From NCBI GenBank assembly GCA_032718475.1, contig JAUCBJ010007243.1, forward strand, positions 62,001 to 126,000: 64,000 nucleotides of DNA. Direction: 5' to 3'. This DNA comes from Nemertoderma westbladi (lineage: Eukaryota > Animalia > Xenacoelomorpha). Below the pieces are notes generated by a model, which worked only from the letters and a program-made list of their open reading frames with translations, searched no databases and had not been told where the DNA came from. Below, in pieces: positions 26,251-36,822 of the stretch (position 1 is the stretch's first letter; the number at the start of each line of letters is the position of its first letter). Both the position numbers and the translations under genes were made by a program.

Positions 26251-27244
26251 TGTGTTTTTTGGATTGGAAGTGGGGTGAACTGGCGAAAGGTTACCATAAC
26301 ATGTCACAGTAACCATGACAACCGTTGCTAAGTCCAATAGGATCTCCATAGACCCCCTCTCAACCAGCGATATATGCATTATATTATGACTATGATATCA
26401 AGATATACTGTATATATACCACTGTACCGCTAACTGTTCCCTTTGAGTGAATATTGCCCCGACCAATCATTAAAAGACATAGATATCGTAACCATGTTCA
26501 TAGATACAGTACAGGCCACCAGAAAAAGCAGATTTCATCCAATGTGATCACATGTGAACACATTTGTTCAAGTCATCTGATTGGCAGGTTATGGCGAGTT
26601 ATCTTCTAGATCACACAGCAGGAGGCTAACTTGCTGGGACCGACAAAAGCTTTGTGTGCGGTGCGCCTGTATGTCTGATATCAGGTAGATGAGAGAGCCG
26701 CCAGGGCGTAACATTGCGGACATGGGCTGTATTGGTAGAGAGAGAACTACATACAAGACCACATGGAGGTTCATTGAGTGTTTGGGAGTGGATGGGTATA
26801 TGGATGGAGGAGCCTAGACCATTGAATAATTGATTTAGTGCAGGGAGATGTCGCGCCTAGTCTGACACCGAGAGGGCACAGAGAAACACCAGAAGATGCC
26901 TTAACATCACTAACTAACTATAGGCCTGCCTACTAGACACTATTAACCGCACACTATAAAGGTAAACAAAATCCTTATCGCATTTCCAGCTGCAGTGAGT
27001 GACAGTTAGCGGCAAACTACAGAGAGTTTCCAGATTACTAAGCGTTTCAAAAGTATTCAATTGTATCCTTTGGCGAAAAAATTTTGGTTGTTGCCATTTC
27101 AATTATGTTCAATTATGTTCAATTGTCCCGTTCAACAACATTACATTACACTGCGGTACACATTTGATAAAATGTGTTCACAATTGTACAATTCTGCGTT
27201 TTCTGGTGGCCTGTACTGTATAATACAATACTTGGTGAGGGTGA

Positions 27245-27420
27245 AGACCTTAGGATACGTAAGTGAAAGGCATGGGCAGCATTTTAATAGTCGGTCCAGG
27301 ATTTGGAAGTCCCATATAATACAACGGAAAGGTTCGATTATTTATGGCAGCAGTAGTACCAGTACTCTTATGGGATTCAATGCTGGGCTCTAACCGCAGA
27401 GGATACCAAATCTCTGGATG
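27245..27420 (+). mobile_element. Older, diverged piece of the RTE family
   Basis: Aligns by eye to about 24261-24445 (gaagacctt...tacgtaag...aaggcatgggc...ggatttggaagtc...accaaatctctggatg). Confidence 0.65.
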
Positions 27421-27649
27421 GCCGCTAGGGGGCGAGCAGTAGTCTTGAGGACGGGGTAGCAGCGGTTGTTCCCCCGAGGTCATTGACCGGTGGATCTTGC
27501 AACTGCAGGCGATTCTAGGCCCATTATCTCAAGGTTTGAGTACCGAGGTCGGGCAACAGATCTGTTTGTGCGAAGGTTGCGTGGTCTCATACCAACGTCG
27601 TGCACACGGCCAGTATCTTTGTTATGCTATACCAGTATAGGTTCTGTAG

Positions 27650-28436
27650 TTTGTAACGGTAAAACGAACATAGATCCTGCATGGCCTGACTTTGATGAAT
27701 TTAGATCTTTGCGAACTTAGGTCCTACTGTATACATGCGAACATAGATCCTATTTGAGTGAACTTAGATCCTAACTATAGGTGAACTTAGATCCTAACTA
27801 GGTGAACTTAGATCCTAACGAGGTGAACTTAGATCCTAACTAGGCGAACTTAGATCCTAACTAGGTGTACTTAGATCACAATTTATGCTATTAAAAGCCT
27901 TTAGTAATCATCATGGTTGTCGCGAAGCAAACTTAGATCCCACGTGTATTATGCGTTGTCCGCGTTTTGTCGATATTATACTGTAGTATATTGTACGGTG
28001 TTACAATAAGCAAATAAAAGTACTTATAATGCAAATAAGTCGTACACTAAAAGTAGTTGCAGAGTGACTCACCAACAAACTATAATTTTTCAATTAATAG
28101 CCAATTCATTGCAATGTATTGGTGGTAGGATCTAAGTTCGTTTCCCTTCAAGCGTGATAATTACAGTCAGGTCTGCTGGTCTATGGGAATGACATTTCAC
28201 ATTAACACAGCTACGGTAAGGCAATTTATGGAAAGGTGGGATCTAAGTTCGTACGCTGAGGATCTAAGTTCCTATGGGAAGGATGTAAGTTCGTATAGGA
28301 AGGATCTACTGTAAGTTCGTATGGGAAGGATCTTAGTTCGCATGGGAAGGATCTATGTTCACCAAGATCTAAGTTCGTTCAGGATCTAAGGTGCTCTACT
28401 GCTCTAGGATCTAAAGCCGGGGAACCGTTTGTAACA
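27650..28436. mobile_element. Foldback-like element with inverted arrays of a 12-bp motif
   Basis: The left half has about 10 copies of GAACTTAGATCC (27665-27940); the right half has copies of the reverse complement GGATCTAAGTTC (28128-28415). Confidence 0.7.
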
Positions 28437-28756
28437 TACGGACTGACAGACATGCTGTCTCTGTTAGTCTGCTGGTCTGTCTGTCTGTGTACTGACAGAC
28501 TGTTGTACTGCAGTACTGTACTGTAAGTACACCAAGTACAGAACTGCAGAAGTACGTACAAAGTACATGACTGCATGAAGTAGGTCAGTAAATAGGTCAG
28601 AATCACAATCACTACACAGCACTATCAGTAGGTACCGGGCTGCCGGGCACTGCCTGACTGCTGCACCCGGTGCTGGGAACCGGTAATATATTTTTTTATG
28701 GACATGGCAGTATGACATGCTGACATGACATGGCTTGACTGAATAACTAATAACTG

Positions 28757-28856
28757 ATGGAAACTTCACAAGATTCCGCAGATGGTGATGTCGATGGCTT
28801 TGACAATGATATCGGCCTATCAAATTCAAATACCGGTATTCACATTCTAGAAGAAG
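28757..28856 (+). CDS. Putative first coding exon of NR2C (METSQDSADGDVDGFDNDIGLSNSNTGIHILEE)
   Basis: ATG immediately after an in-frame TGA, open to the donor AAG|GTGGGT in phase 1, compatible with the next exon. No homology support. Confidence 0.4.
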
Positions 28857-29739
28857 GTGGGTGTTTTATTTTCACTTTTCGACATGCGTTATACCAGTAG
28901 GCCTATACCAGTTGCCAGTCTACCAGTCAGCCAGTACTGCAGTAGGTACCGGACCGGTATATGTCATATGTTATAGCCTACTGTACGTACGTACACGTAC
29001 CGGTACAGTACAATTCCCCCATCGGCAGATCGGGCTTGCACGGCCAGCTTTCCTTCTGGCATCTGGCAGATTGGTACCAATACCAACAAACACTGAAACA
29101 GCTACATATACAATACAGGACAGCTATGTTCATATTGCAGGACAATATGGAGTACGGTAATGCAGCGGTGCTTAGTAGGCCTACAATGGCAGGTTATTAC
29201 CTAAACAATTAATACAGAAATACGATAGAATAGCCTACTATGTACTAGCAGACTAGCTCAGGTCTGCAGGATCAGATTCTGGTACCGGTTCCAGCTTCAT
29301 TTTTTGTCCGTAATGCTGTAATTGTAATCCCCGTTGTCGGCTGTGGTTATCCGCAATCGGTATAGCGTAAAGCTAATTCCATAATCAATTTGGTGCACAC
29401 CACTTGTGATTTTTTTTCAAAATTGCTCATTTATAGGCCTAGGGAAAGGAGCAGGTTACAGAGGCGGGCTTTTCTATCCAAAATAATAAACATCACTTTA
29501 CCAATTGACTGATTGATGGAAACCATATGGTCAGACACAGACAGTCAGTAGTCGCATGGTCAGACACAGACAGTCAGTAGTCGCATGGTCAGACAGTCAA
29601 TATATAGTCACTCTATAGGCCTAACCAAAAAAAATCAGGCGGTCAAGTGGCGGTCCTACGAATTACCCCAAAACACCCCAAGTACTGCCTTTTTAATAAA
29701 CACGACATGACTTCTTGAAACCTCATTCATTTTGTTTAG

Positions 29740-29964
29740 ATAAAACGATTACAGAGAGTACCGGTAACTTTAGCTTACCTGGAAGCAGCGACAGTCCCAC
29801 CGAGAATGGCGAAGATGCCACCGATGATAACGCCAGTTTATGCGAGGATGCGCAAGGTGACATTGATACAGCAGGCGCGGTCGGCCCTAACCTACCTTAC
29901 AGCATACTAGCTCCAACCCTCAACGCAATGTTCGCTGCTCCCTTCAACACACCCTTTACAGGAA
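29740..29964 (+). CDS. Putative NR2C N-terminal (A/B domain) exon
   Basis: Acceptor ttttgtttag|, open GC-richer frame (DKTITES...PFTG), donor A|GTTAGT. Phase 1 at both ends, joining in frame to the DBD exon. Confidence 0.6.
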
Positions 29965-30449
29965 GTTAGTATATTACTATTACAATGTGAGTGCAAGAAT
30001 TGTTAAACTGAATTTAATTTTGTGGAAACTGTATCCGAAGGATGCGGGAGATTTGATTCAGATTTAACAGAGATTTCACGAGCGTTGTAAAATCTCCGTT
30101 GATCATTGCCATTGCACCTATTACATTGTAGTTATTCTTCAACCTTTTATAAATAAGACTGAAGAATAACTACAATGTAATTGTATTGAATTGATATGAA
30201 TATGAATTGATATGAACACGAATAACTTTCAGATTGTGTTACATAATTTGGAATCCCCGTATGGCCAGATTTCCAGCAGGACCAGCGAATCACTATATAG
30301 TGATACGTATGTAACACAATCTGAAAGTTATTCGTATTGCATGCATTGTTGCCCAGCAGCTATTGGATGAACAAAATGTTCCAAAATATGTATTTTTAAA
30401 TAAAATAAAGGTAACAGTTCCGTATAGCACTACATTTGTATAACTTAAA

Positions 30450-31068
30450 TCATTGTTACCATGGTAACATTGTGGAGTTCTAGAACAACATATACATATT
30501 ATACACTATTCTAGAACATAAATAAAATAAAAATATAATGTTCTAGAACATAGCTAGTTATTTTTCAAATTTAAAATAGATAGTAATTAGAAAAAATTAT
30601 TCGATAATTGTTGGGGTGTGAAATGCAAAAGCCAAATTATGGCAATTATAAGACAGGTATGAAGAAAAATAAGGAAAATATACGACGCCAGAGCTTTGTG
30701 TGGGGAGGGCATTAACTATGAAGATTAATTCTCCGAAAAACTGACAACACATGTGGAGGCAACAGATAAGAAAAGGAAAAATAAACGGATTTCATGAGAT
30801 ATTAAAGGCCAACAAAAGCCAATACCCAAGGGATAATTAAACTAATTAGTTACCGTACATCAGTTTACAAAAATTATATTATCAATATTAATTTAAATGT
30901 ATTCAGAAATTTATTTAAAAATATTTTTAATTTACTAGCTATTTTAAAATTATATAAAACTAGCTATATGATTAGAACATTATATTTTTTATTTTATTTA
31001 TGTTCTAGAATAGTGTATATTACTTTTCTATTGTTCTAGAACTCTTCAACGTTGCCATAGTAACAATG
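30450..31068. mobile_element. MITE-like inverted repeat element
   Basis: cattgttaccatggtaac...gagttctagaacaa...cactattctagaacataaataaaataa is mirrored at about 30970-31068. Confidence 0.65.
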
Positions 31069-31309
31069 GATATATATTTTAATAATGTAGTAATCCAAGT
31101 CTAACCAAAATAAAATACCGTCGCGCAAAAGTAAAACCTTTGTACCGGTACGGTAACTTTCGAACGCCCAAATCTCATCTAATTTTTCATCTTAATATCA
31201 TGTTCATGTTGGGCCACTAAGCTATAGTTTTATTATACCCCCTCGACCTCGGTATAATATTAGACAATGTAATGAGAATTACATATTGAACTGGAACATG
31301 AGATAACTG

Positions 31310-31642
31310 AAAAGGTATTTTGTTTGGTTCCAAAAGAAAGTTAAAGAAGGTAACTAAGTTTGAAGTCACTAGTAATGGACATAAGATTGAAAATAAAAAG
31401 GAAGTTAAATATTTAGGCGCCACATTGGATAACTGCTTATCAGGAGAAAGCATAGTGAAAAATATTTTCTCGAAAGTTAACAGTAGGCTTAGGTTTCTAT
31501 ACAGAAACCAAAATAGTTTAAACACCGACTCCCGCAAGTTACTTTGCTCTTCTTTAATACAGTGTCACATGGACTATGCATGCTCTTCTTGGTATGAAGG
31601 CTTAACCAAACAGCTTAAATGTAAATTACAAGTAGCTCAGAA
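31310..31642 (+). mobile_element. L2/CR1-group LINE RT-downstream fragment
   Basis: ILFGSKRKL...VKYLGATLDNCLS...KVNSRLRFLYR...LIQCHMDYACSSWY contains the KYLG..LD..L and DY...W motifs. Confidence 0.8.
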
Positions 31643-31949
31643 TGAGATCAGTTCTGATCCTCGTGTGGCTTTATTTTCACTCACTCACTAACGTTCGTTC
31701 GTGTAACAAAGCCACTCGGATCATCACACTGTAAAGTGCTACTTTACACACAAGTAAAGTATGTAAATCGTTATTTCTTATTGGCATCATACATTTATAG
31801 TGTGAAAAGTAAAACTTTCAGCTATTTGAGCCGCGTCTTTATGTACACATTGAGAAAAGCAATTTAAATAGGCTACCAATTAATTAAAGTCATTATTATT
31901 TATTATATTTATTATATTATTCATTATATTACACCACATTATATAATGT

Positions 31950-32372
31950 GACCCCAAAAAAAATTATTCATCACCAAATAAAATAAAGTCACCCCCAAAT
32001 AAAATTATTCAAGCACCAAAATAAATTTTTCAACACCAAAAACAATTATTCAACACCAAAACCAATTATTCAACACCAAAACCAATTATTCAATACCAAA
32101 ATAAATAAATGCTCCCCAAAACCAATTATTAGCACCAAAATAAATGACAAATCCCCCAAAATAATTACAAATTTTCCATGTTTTCCCAAATCAAATACAT
32201 TTCCGCCCAAAATAAATACATTTTCCCCCAAAACAAATACATTTTCCCCCAAAACAAATACATTTTTCCCCAAAACAAGTACATTTTTCCCCAAAACAAG
32301 TACATTTTTCCCCAAAACAAGTACATTTTCCCCCAAAACAAATACATTTTCCCCCAAAACAAATACATTTTA
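31950..32372. repeat. Tandem repeat of 21-22 bp (ttttcccccaaaacaaataca and degenerate relatives)
   Basis: About 8 clean 21-bp units at 32205-32370, preceded by diverged caccaaaa..attatt units. Confidence 0.85.
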
Positions 32373-34471
32373 TTCTTAAATTGTTACCTTTTCGCTCGAA
32401 TATACCCCAAAATCGGGAGACAATTTTTCACTTTTTTCCCTAGGTAAAAAAAGTATTCTTTAGGATTGCATTGATTTTACTTTTTTTCCCGGTGAAAAAA
32501 GTAAAGTAAACTATTTTTGGTGGAATTTCTTAAATTTTATTACGTATATTGATAATAATAATAATAATAATATATATTTATTTATATAGCGCCAAATTTA
32601 CATAATATACGTACTCTAAGGCGCTGACAACACATAGTACACAGTAATTAATAGTTCGTGACTGCAATAGCAATAGTTATGAAATAAAAAATCAACTAAA
32701 ATAATGTAGTAATTAAAAACCAACAATAAAAACATCATAAAATATAGTAAAAACAAACAATAAAAACGATCATCGTAAATATTGTAGCATATAGTAAAAA
32801 ACAAACAATAAAAAAACGATCAACGCAAGCATTCCAGTGCGGGTTAAATTAAAATGTACAGAAAAAGTACATTGAAAGAGTATCGACGTAGAAAAGGTTT
32901 GCAAGTATTTTGAACAAAATCCATCACACACTCAAAAGTTATTGCAACTTTAGTGTCTGCAAGGCGAACTCAAAAACGGACTCAATATCCTATATTGGGA
33001 GTTAAAGAGTACAGTAATTTGAATTGCAGTAACTATGGAAACAATATAGTTAATTACTGTAGTTCAATTTAATTTATTTTGTAACACTACTGTCATATTA
33101 TCAACCAACACTGACATATTAATAAATAAACTTGCCTGTTTAAGATACCGAAAAAAAACATCAAATAATACGAAAAAATTGAATTCGTATCGTATAATAC
33201 GATGAATATTTTTCGTATTTCGTATCGTATTTTCGTATCTTACTATTTTGTAAATATTAATGTTTTCAACAGTCAAGCCAAAGATCACACACCACTTATT
33301 TCTTTACAATTTTTTTCTCTCAAAATTGGTGTATAAATTAGGTTTATTACAGTTTTACACTACAGTTTTACACTACAGTTTTACACTACAGTTTTACATT
33401 ATTGCAGTTTTACTATGTCAATAAAATGTGTAAGAAAGGAGGATCGTTAATCGCATGGTAATTATCTTTAGAATATTAATAAAAATACCACTGAAATATA
33501 ATCTATTTACAGTTTAAATAAACTAGTGAGGAAAACTCTAATAGCGCCTACAAGGCCGTGATGTTATGATAAGGCATTCTAGTGAGAGAATAAAAGAAAT
33601 AAACCATAGTTTTATTGTAGTATTAGTTTGACTTCGAGTTTTGAATCAAATTCATGGTAGGGCCCTACATCAAATTCAAAATTATTCCAGATATAACGGT
33701 AGTTGGCCTAGGTACATCAGTACAGTATGCACAAAGTGGCATGGTAATATGGTAAGGCCTACTATTTGGGCCGTGTTGCATAACGTCCTTATGGATAGTT
33801 GGCAAAATACAATACATCTACAATACATACAATACAACACGATAAAATACGTATCTTGAATTTTTTGTGTTGTATCATATTTTCTTAAAATTGCATTCGT
33901 ATCGTATCGTATCGTGAAAAATTGGTTTGTATCGTATCGTATCCTATCCCGGCTCAACGGTACGGTTGCGATACCGCTAAAGTTCTATTGTGGTAATAGG
34001 TGTGTTGTGTAGAGTAGGTCTACTTGGGACTTTTTTCCGAGACGTTTTTTGGGACGGATTTTCGGATGTTTTTTCAGATGGAAATCTTGCCCAAAAATGC
34101 GCAGAATGCTACCATTATTTATTAATATAAAGTAAAACTATTCTAGAACAAAATAGTAACAAATGTGCCAAGAAATGTGCGAAATTAAACCTCCAAACGA
34201 AACGGTACTTAAGAGGTTAGAAAATTGTCTTTAATATTATAATATGGAATCCCTGCCAAAAAACAGAGAGCTGTTTAAGTTGTTCTTTCTAACTAATAGT
34301 TCTGGTTTCTCATTTGAATTAATTTTATTTTACCCTGTAAGATTAGGAGATCCTACCCAGTGGGGCATTCAAAAGAAATGAATAGATTGGTGCAAAATAT
34401 AATATGGATTGGATATATGGATGGATTGATCAGATGTAAATTGTAAACATAATATTTTCTATTTTTTTTAG

Positions 34472-34840
34472 GTTCTCCTCAACTGAATCGCCTACTAACA
34501 GTCTCAGTTCCCGGTGACGTCAACGACGTTGCTGTGACGTCACAGAAAAGCGACGTATCCATGGAGATGGATGGTTTCCAGGTAGAGGGGGCCACAGCCA
34601 CAGATTGCTTTGTATTCGGACGGGATTACCTCTGTTTGGTGTGCGGGGACAAGGCCTCCGGTAGACACTACGGGGTGCTCAGTTGCGAGGGTTGCAAGGG
34701 ATTCTTTAAGCGGAGTATCCGTAAAGGTATTCGTTACGCTTGTCGCGGGCAGCGGGATTGCACCGTCACCAAACACCATCGCAACCGGTGTCAGTTCTGT
34801 CGGCTAAAGAAATGTTTGGATATCGGGATGCGGATAGATG
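34472..34840 (+). CDS. NR2C: NR2C (TR2/TR4-like) DNA-binding domain exon, both C4 zinc fingers
   Basis: [31 protein letters not shown]...[30 protein letters not shown] is the TR2/TR4 signature. Acceptor ttttttttag|, donor G|GTAAGA. Confidence 0.93.
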
Positions 34841-34904
34841 GTAAGAGTCAATAAAAGTATCATTTCAGTCATTCCAAAATCTAAGCTAACTCTAATCTAA
34901 GTTT

Positions 34905-35374
34905 TAATATCACAATCACAACGCGTTTCGAATTTATTAAATTCGTCATCAGGTGAGAACAGTAAAACACAATCAGCAGTATTAATTGTAGTACCTACGA
35001 CAAGATAACGTTTAAAGTGTGCAGTACAGAAAACTCCATAATATTTCAATTTGAATGTCCCTCTCAAATAATCCCAAACCTTCAATCATTGTCTACAACA
35101 TTGGTGACCCGAGTTAGGTACTGGACTCTGGTCTCTTGTAGACTCTGGTACCAGAGTTGTAGAGAGACTCCTAGCTCCGTTTGCTTGAAATTTTATGCAA
35201 ATTGGGATTATTTTGGAGGGACATTCAAATTGAAATATTATGGAGTTTTCTGGACTGTACACTTTAAACTTTATCTTGTCGTAGGTACTACAATTAATAC
35301 TGCTGATTGTGTTTTACTGTTCTCACCTGATGACGAATTTAATAAATTCGAAACGCGTTGTGATTGTGATATTA
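34905..35374. mobile_element. Inverted-repeat element (about 170-bp arms) carrying a hammerhead motif in each arm
   Basis: 34905-35077 is the near-perfect reverse complement of 35200-35374. Confidence 0.85.
35323..35363 (+). ncRNA. Minimal type I hammerhead ribozyme motif (mirror copy on - strand at about 34916-34956)
   Basis: TCAC CTGATGA C GAATTT-AAT-AAATTC GAAA CGCG TT GTGA: stem I TCAC/GTGA, conserved core, 6-bp stem II, palindromic minimal stem III, GUU site. Confidence 0.65.
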
Positions 35375-35962
35375 TGTTTATATTTTTATAATGTTGACAC
35401 TTGCTTCTCTTGCAGTAATCTATATCATTAGAACCGCCTTTGTCAGCAGATACCGAATCTCCAAAGACTACAAATAATGCCGACTAAGATGGTTAAATAT
35501 TGCCAAATATGCATTTTTTAACGGCTTGTTGTAGCTAAATAATATTTGAAACTTGGAAAATCCGGCCAGGCCAGCATTAACACGTTAGCTGCTGCTCAGA
35601 AACCACTGTTTCTTTGTAACTGCGGATTGTGCATTTTGTGGGAATGCCTTTGGGCACCGGCGTTCAGATTCACTCTCATTGTATTTATAAAACAACGGAG
35701 AACCACCCTGGAAAAACCGCATCTCAATAACTCCGCCCAGTCTAGAGGTTGTAGTTTGAATTTTATCTAAATTCTATTTTATTTTTTGGTGCATGATTTT
35801 AATCTTACATGATTAAAATATTTCCATCACATTTATAAATTTATTATTATTACTTTTGGCCACGTTTCGGTATATCATGCCTCTTCAGTAGGCCTGACAT
35901 TCACCTTTTTATTTATTACACTTATACTGAAGAGGCAGTCTTTAGTTGCATCTAATTTAGTT

Positions 35963-36006
35963 GCGCTACTGAAGAGGCCTGATAGACCGAAACGTACGTA
36001 TAACGC
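35963..36006 (+). ncRNA. Minimal type I hammerhead ribozyme motif (degenerate inverted relative at about 35858-35894, - strand)
   Basis: GCGCTA CTGAAGA GGCCT-GAT-AGACC GAAAC GTAC GTA TAACGC: core intact, one mismatch each in stems I and II, palindromic GTAC loop, GUA site. Confidence 0.6.
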
Positions 36007-36346
36007 TGGTTCAACCCCCGGTGACGCGTTTTCTCATTTTTTCCATTTCTGAACAACTTATTACAATATCATTCATTAAAGTTGCATTAACAACTCAACT
36101 ACAATTTATTTATTGTATTAAAGGATATGATGTAATTGATAACTAACTTACACCCCTCTCTCTCATTTAATTCGGCCTGGTAATGTACCCAGTTATTTTG
36201 TCCGCCTTGTTTTTAATTACCAGAAATTGTGTTCATTTGGGATCCCGGCTACACATATTGACTTACTACAGGCTCCCTATAGCAGAGGAAAGTTGCTCAT
36301 TGTTATGCTCAAATCATAACATTGTTTTTGTTTACATTCGATTCAG

Positions 36347-36642
36347 CTGTTCAATGCGAACGGAATCTCAACTCTCCGTTTAAGTTGTTTTCTAATGCCT
36401 TCGAGATGTGCAACGATGAGGATTCACCTTGCCCATCCCTAACCAATCACAGTGAGTCTCCTCCTAACGGCGAACAATTTCCTACCTCTCGGGGTCTGCA
36501 GATGTTTACAGACGGCTCCTTCGGTCTATCGCCGTTACCAACCTCGGCGGTACAGAGCAATGCTGCCTGTCCCGGTGATACTCAGAATACCGTGGCGCCG
36601 GAGGTCTACGATACGTTGTACGACCGGCCAATTTCAGAACAG
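36347..36642 (+). CDS. NR2C: NR2C hinge exon
   Basis: Acceptor attcag|; splicing gives GMRIDAVQCER (T-box, compare TR2 DSVQCER). Donor CAG|GTATGT in phase 0. Confidence 0.85.
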
Positions 36643-36815
36643 GTATGTTCATTGTTCAATTCGAGAACAGATATGTTCAATTCTAGAACAGATATGTTCA
36701 ATTCTAGAACATATATGTTCAATTCTAGAACATATATGTTCAATTCTAGAACATATATGTTCAATTCTAGAAAAGGTATGTTCAATTCTTGAAAAGGTAT
36801 GTTTAATTCTAAAAC
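36628..36815 (+). repeat. 21-bp tandem repeat resembling the adjacent exon/intron junction, about 7-8 units
   Basis: Junction ccaatttcagaacag|gtatg versus unit tcaattctagaaca(g/t)atatg. Confidence 0.85.
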
Positions 36816-36822
36816 GGTCAAA

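Noticed and set aside
32070-32447. Repetitive ORFs (GKNVFVL / MYLFWGK)
   Set aside because: Translations of a 21-bp tandem repeat.
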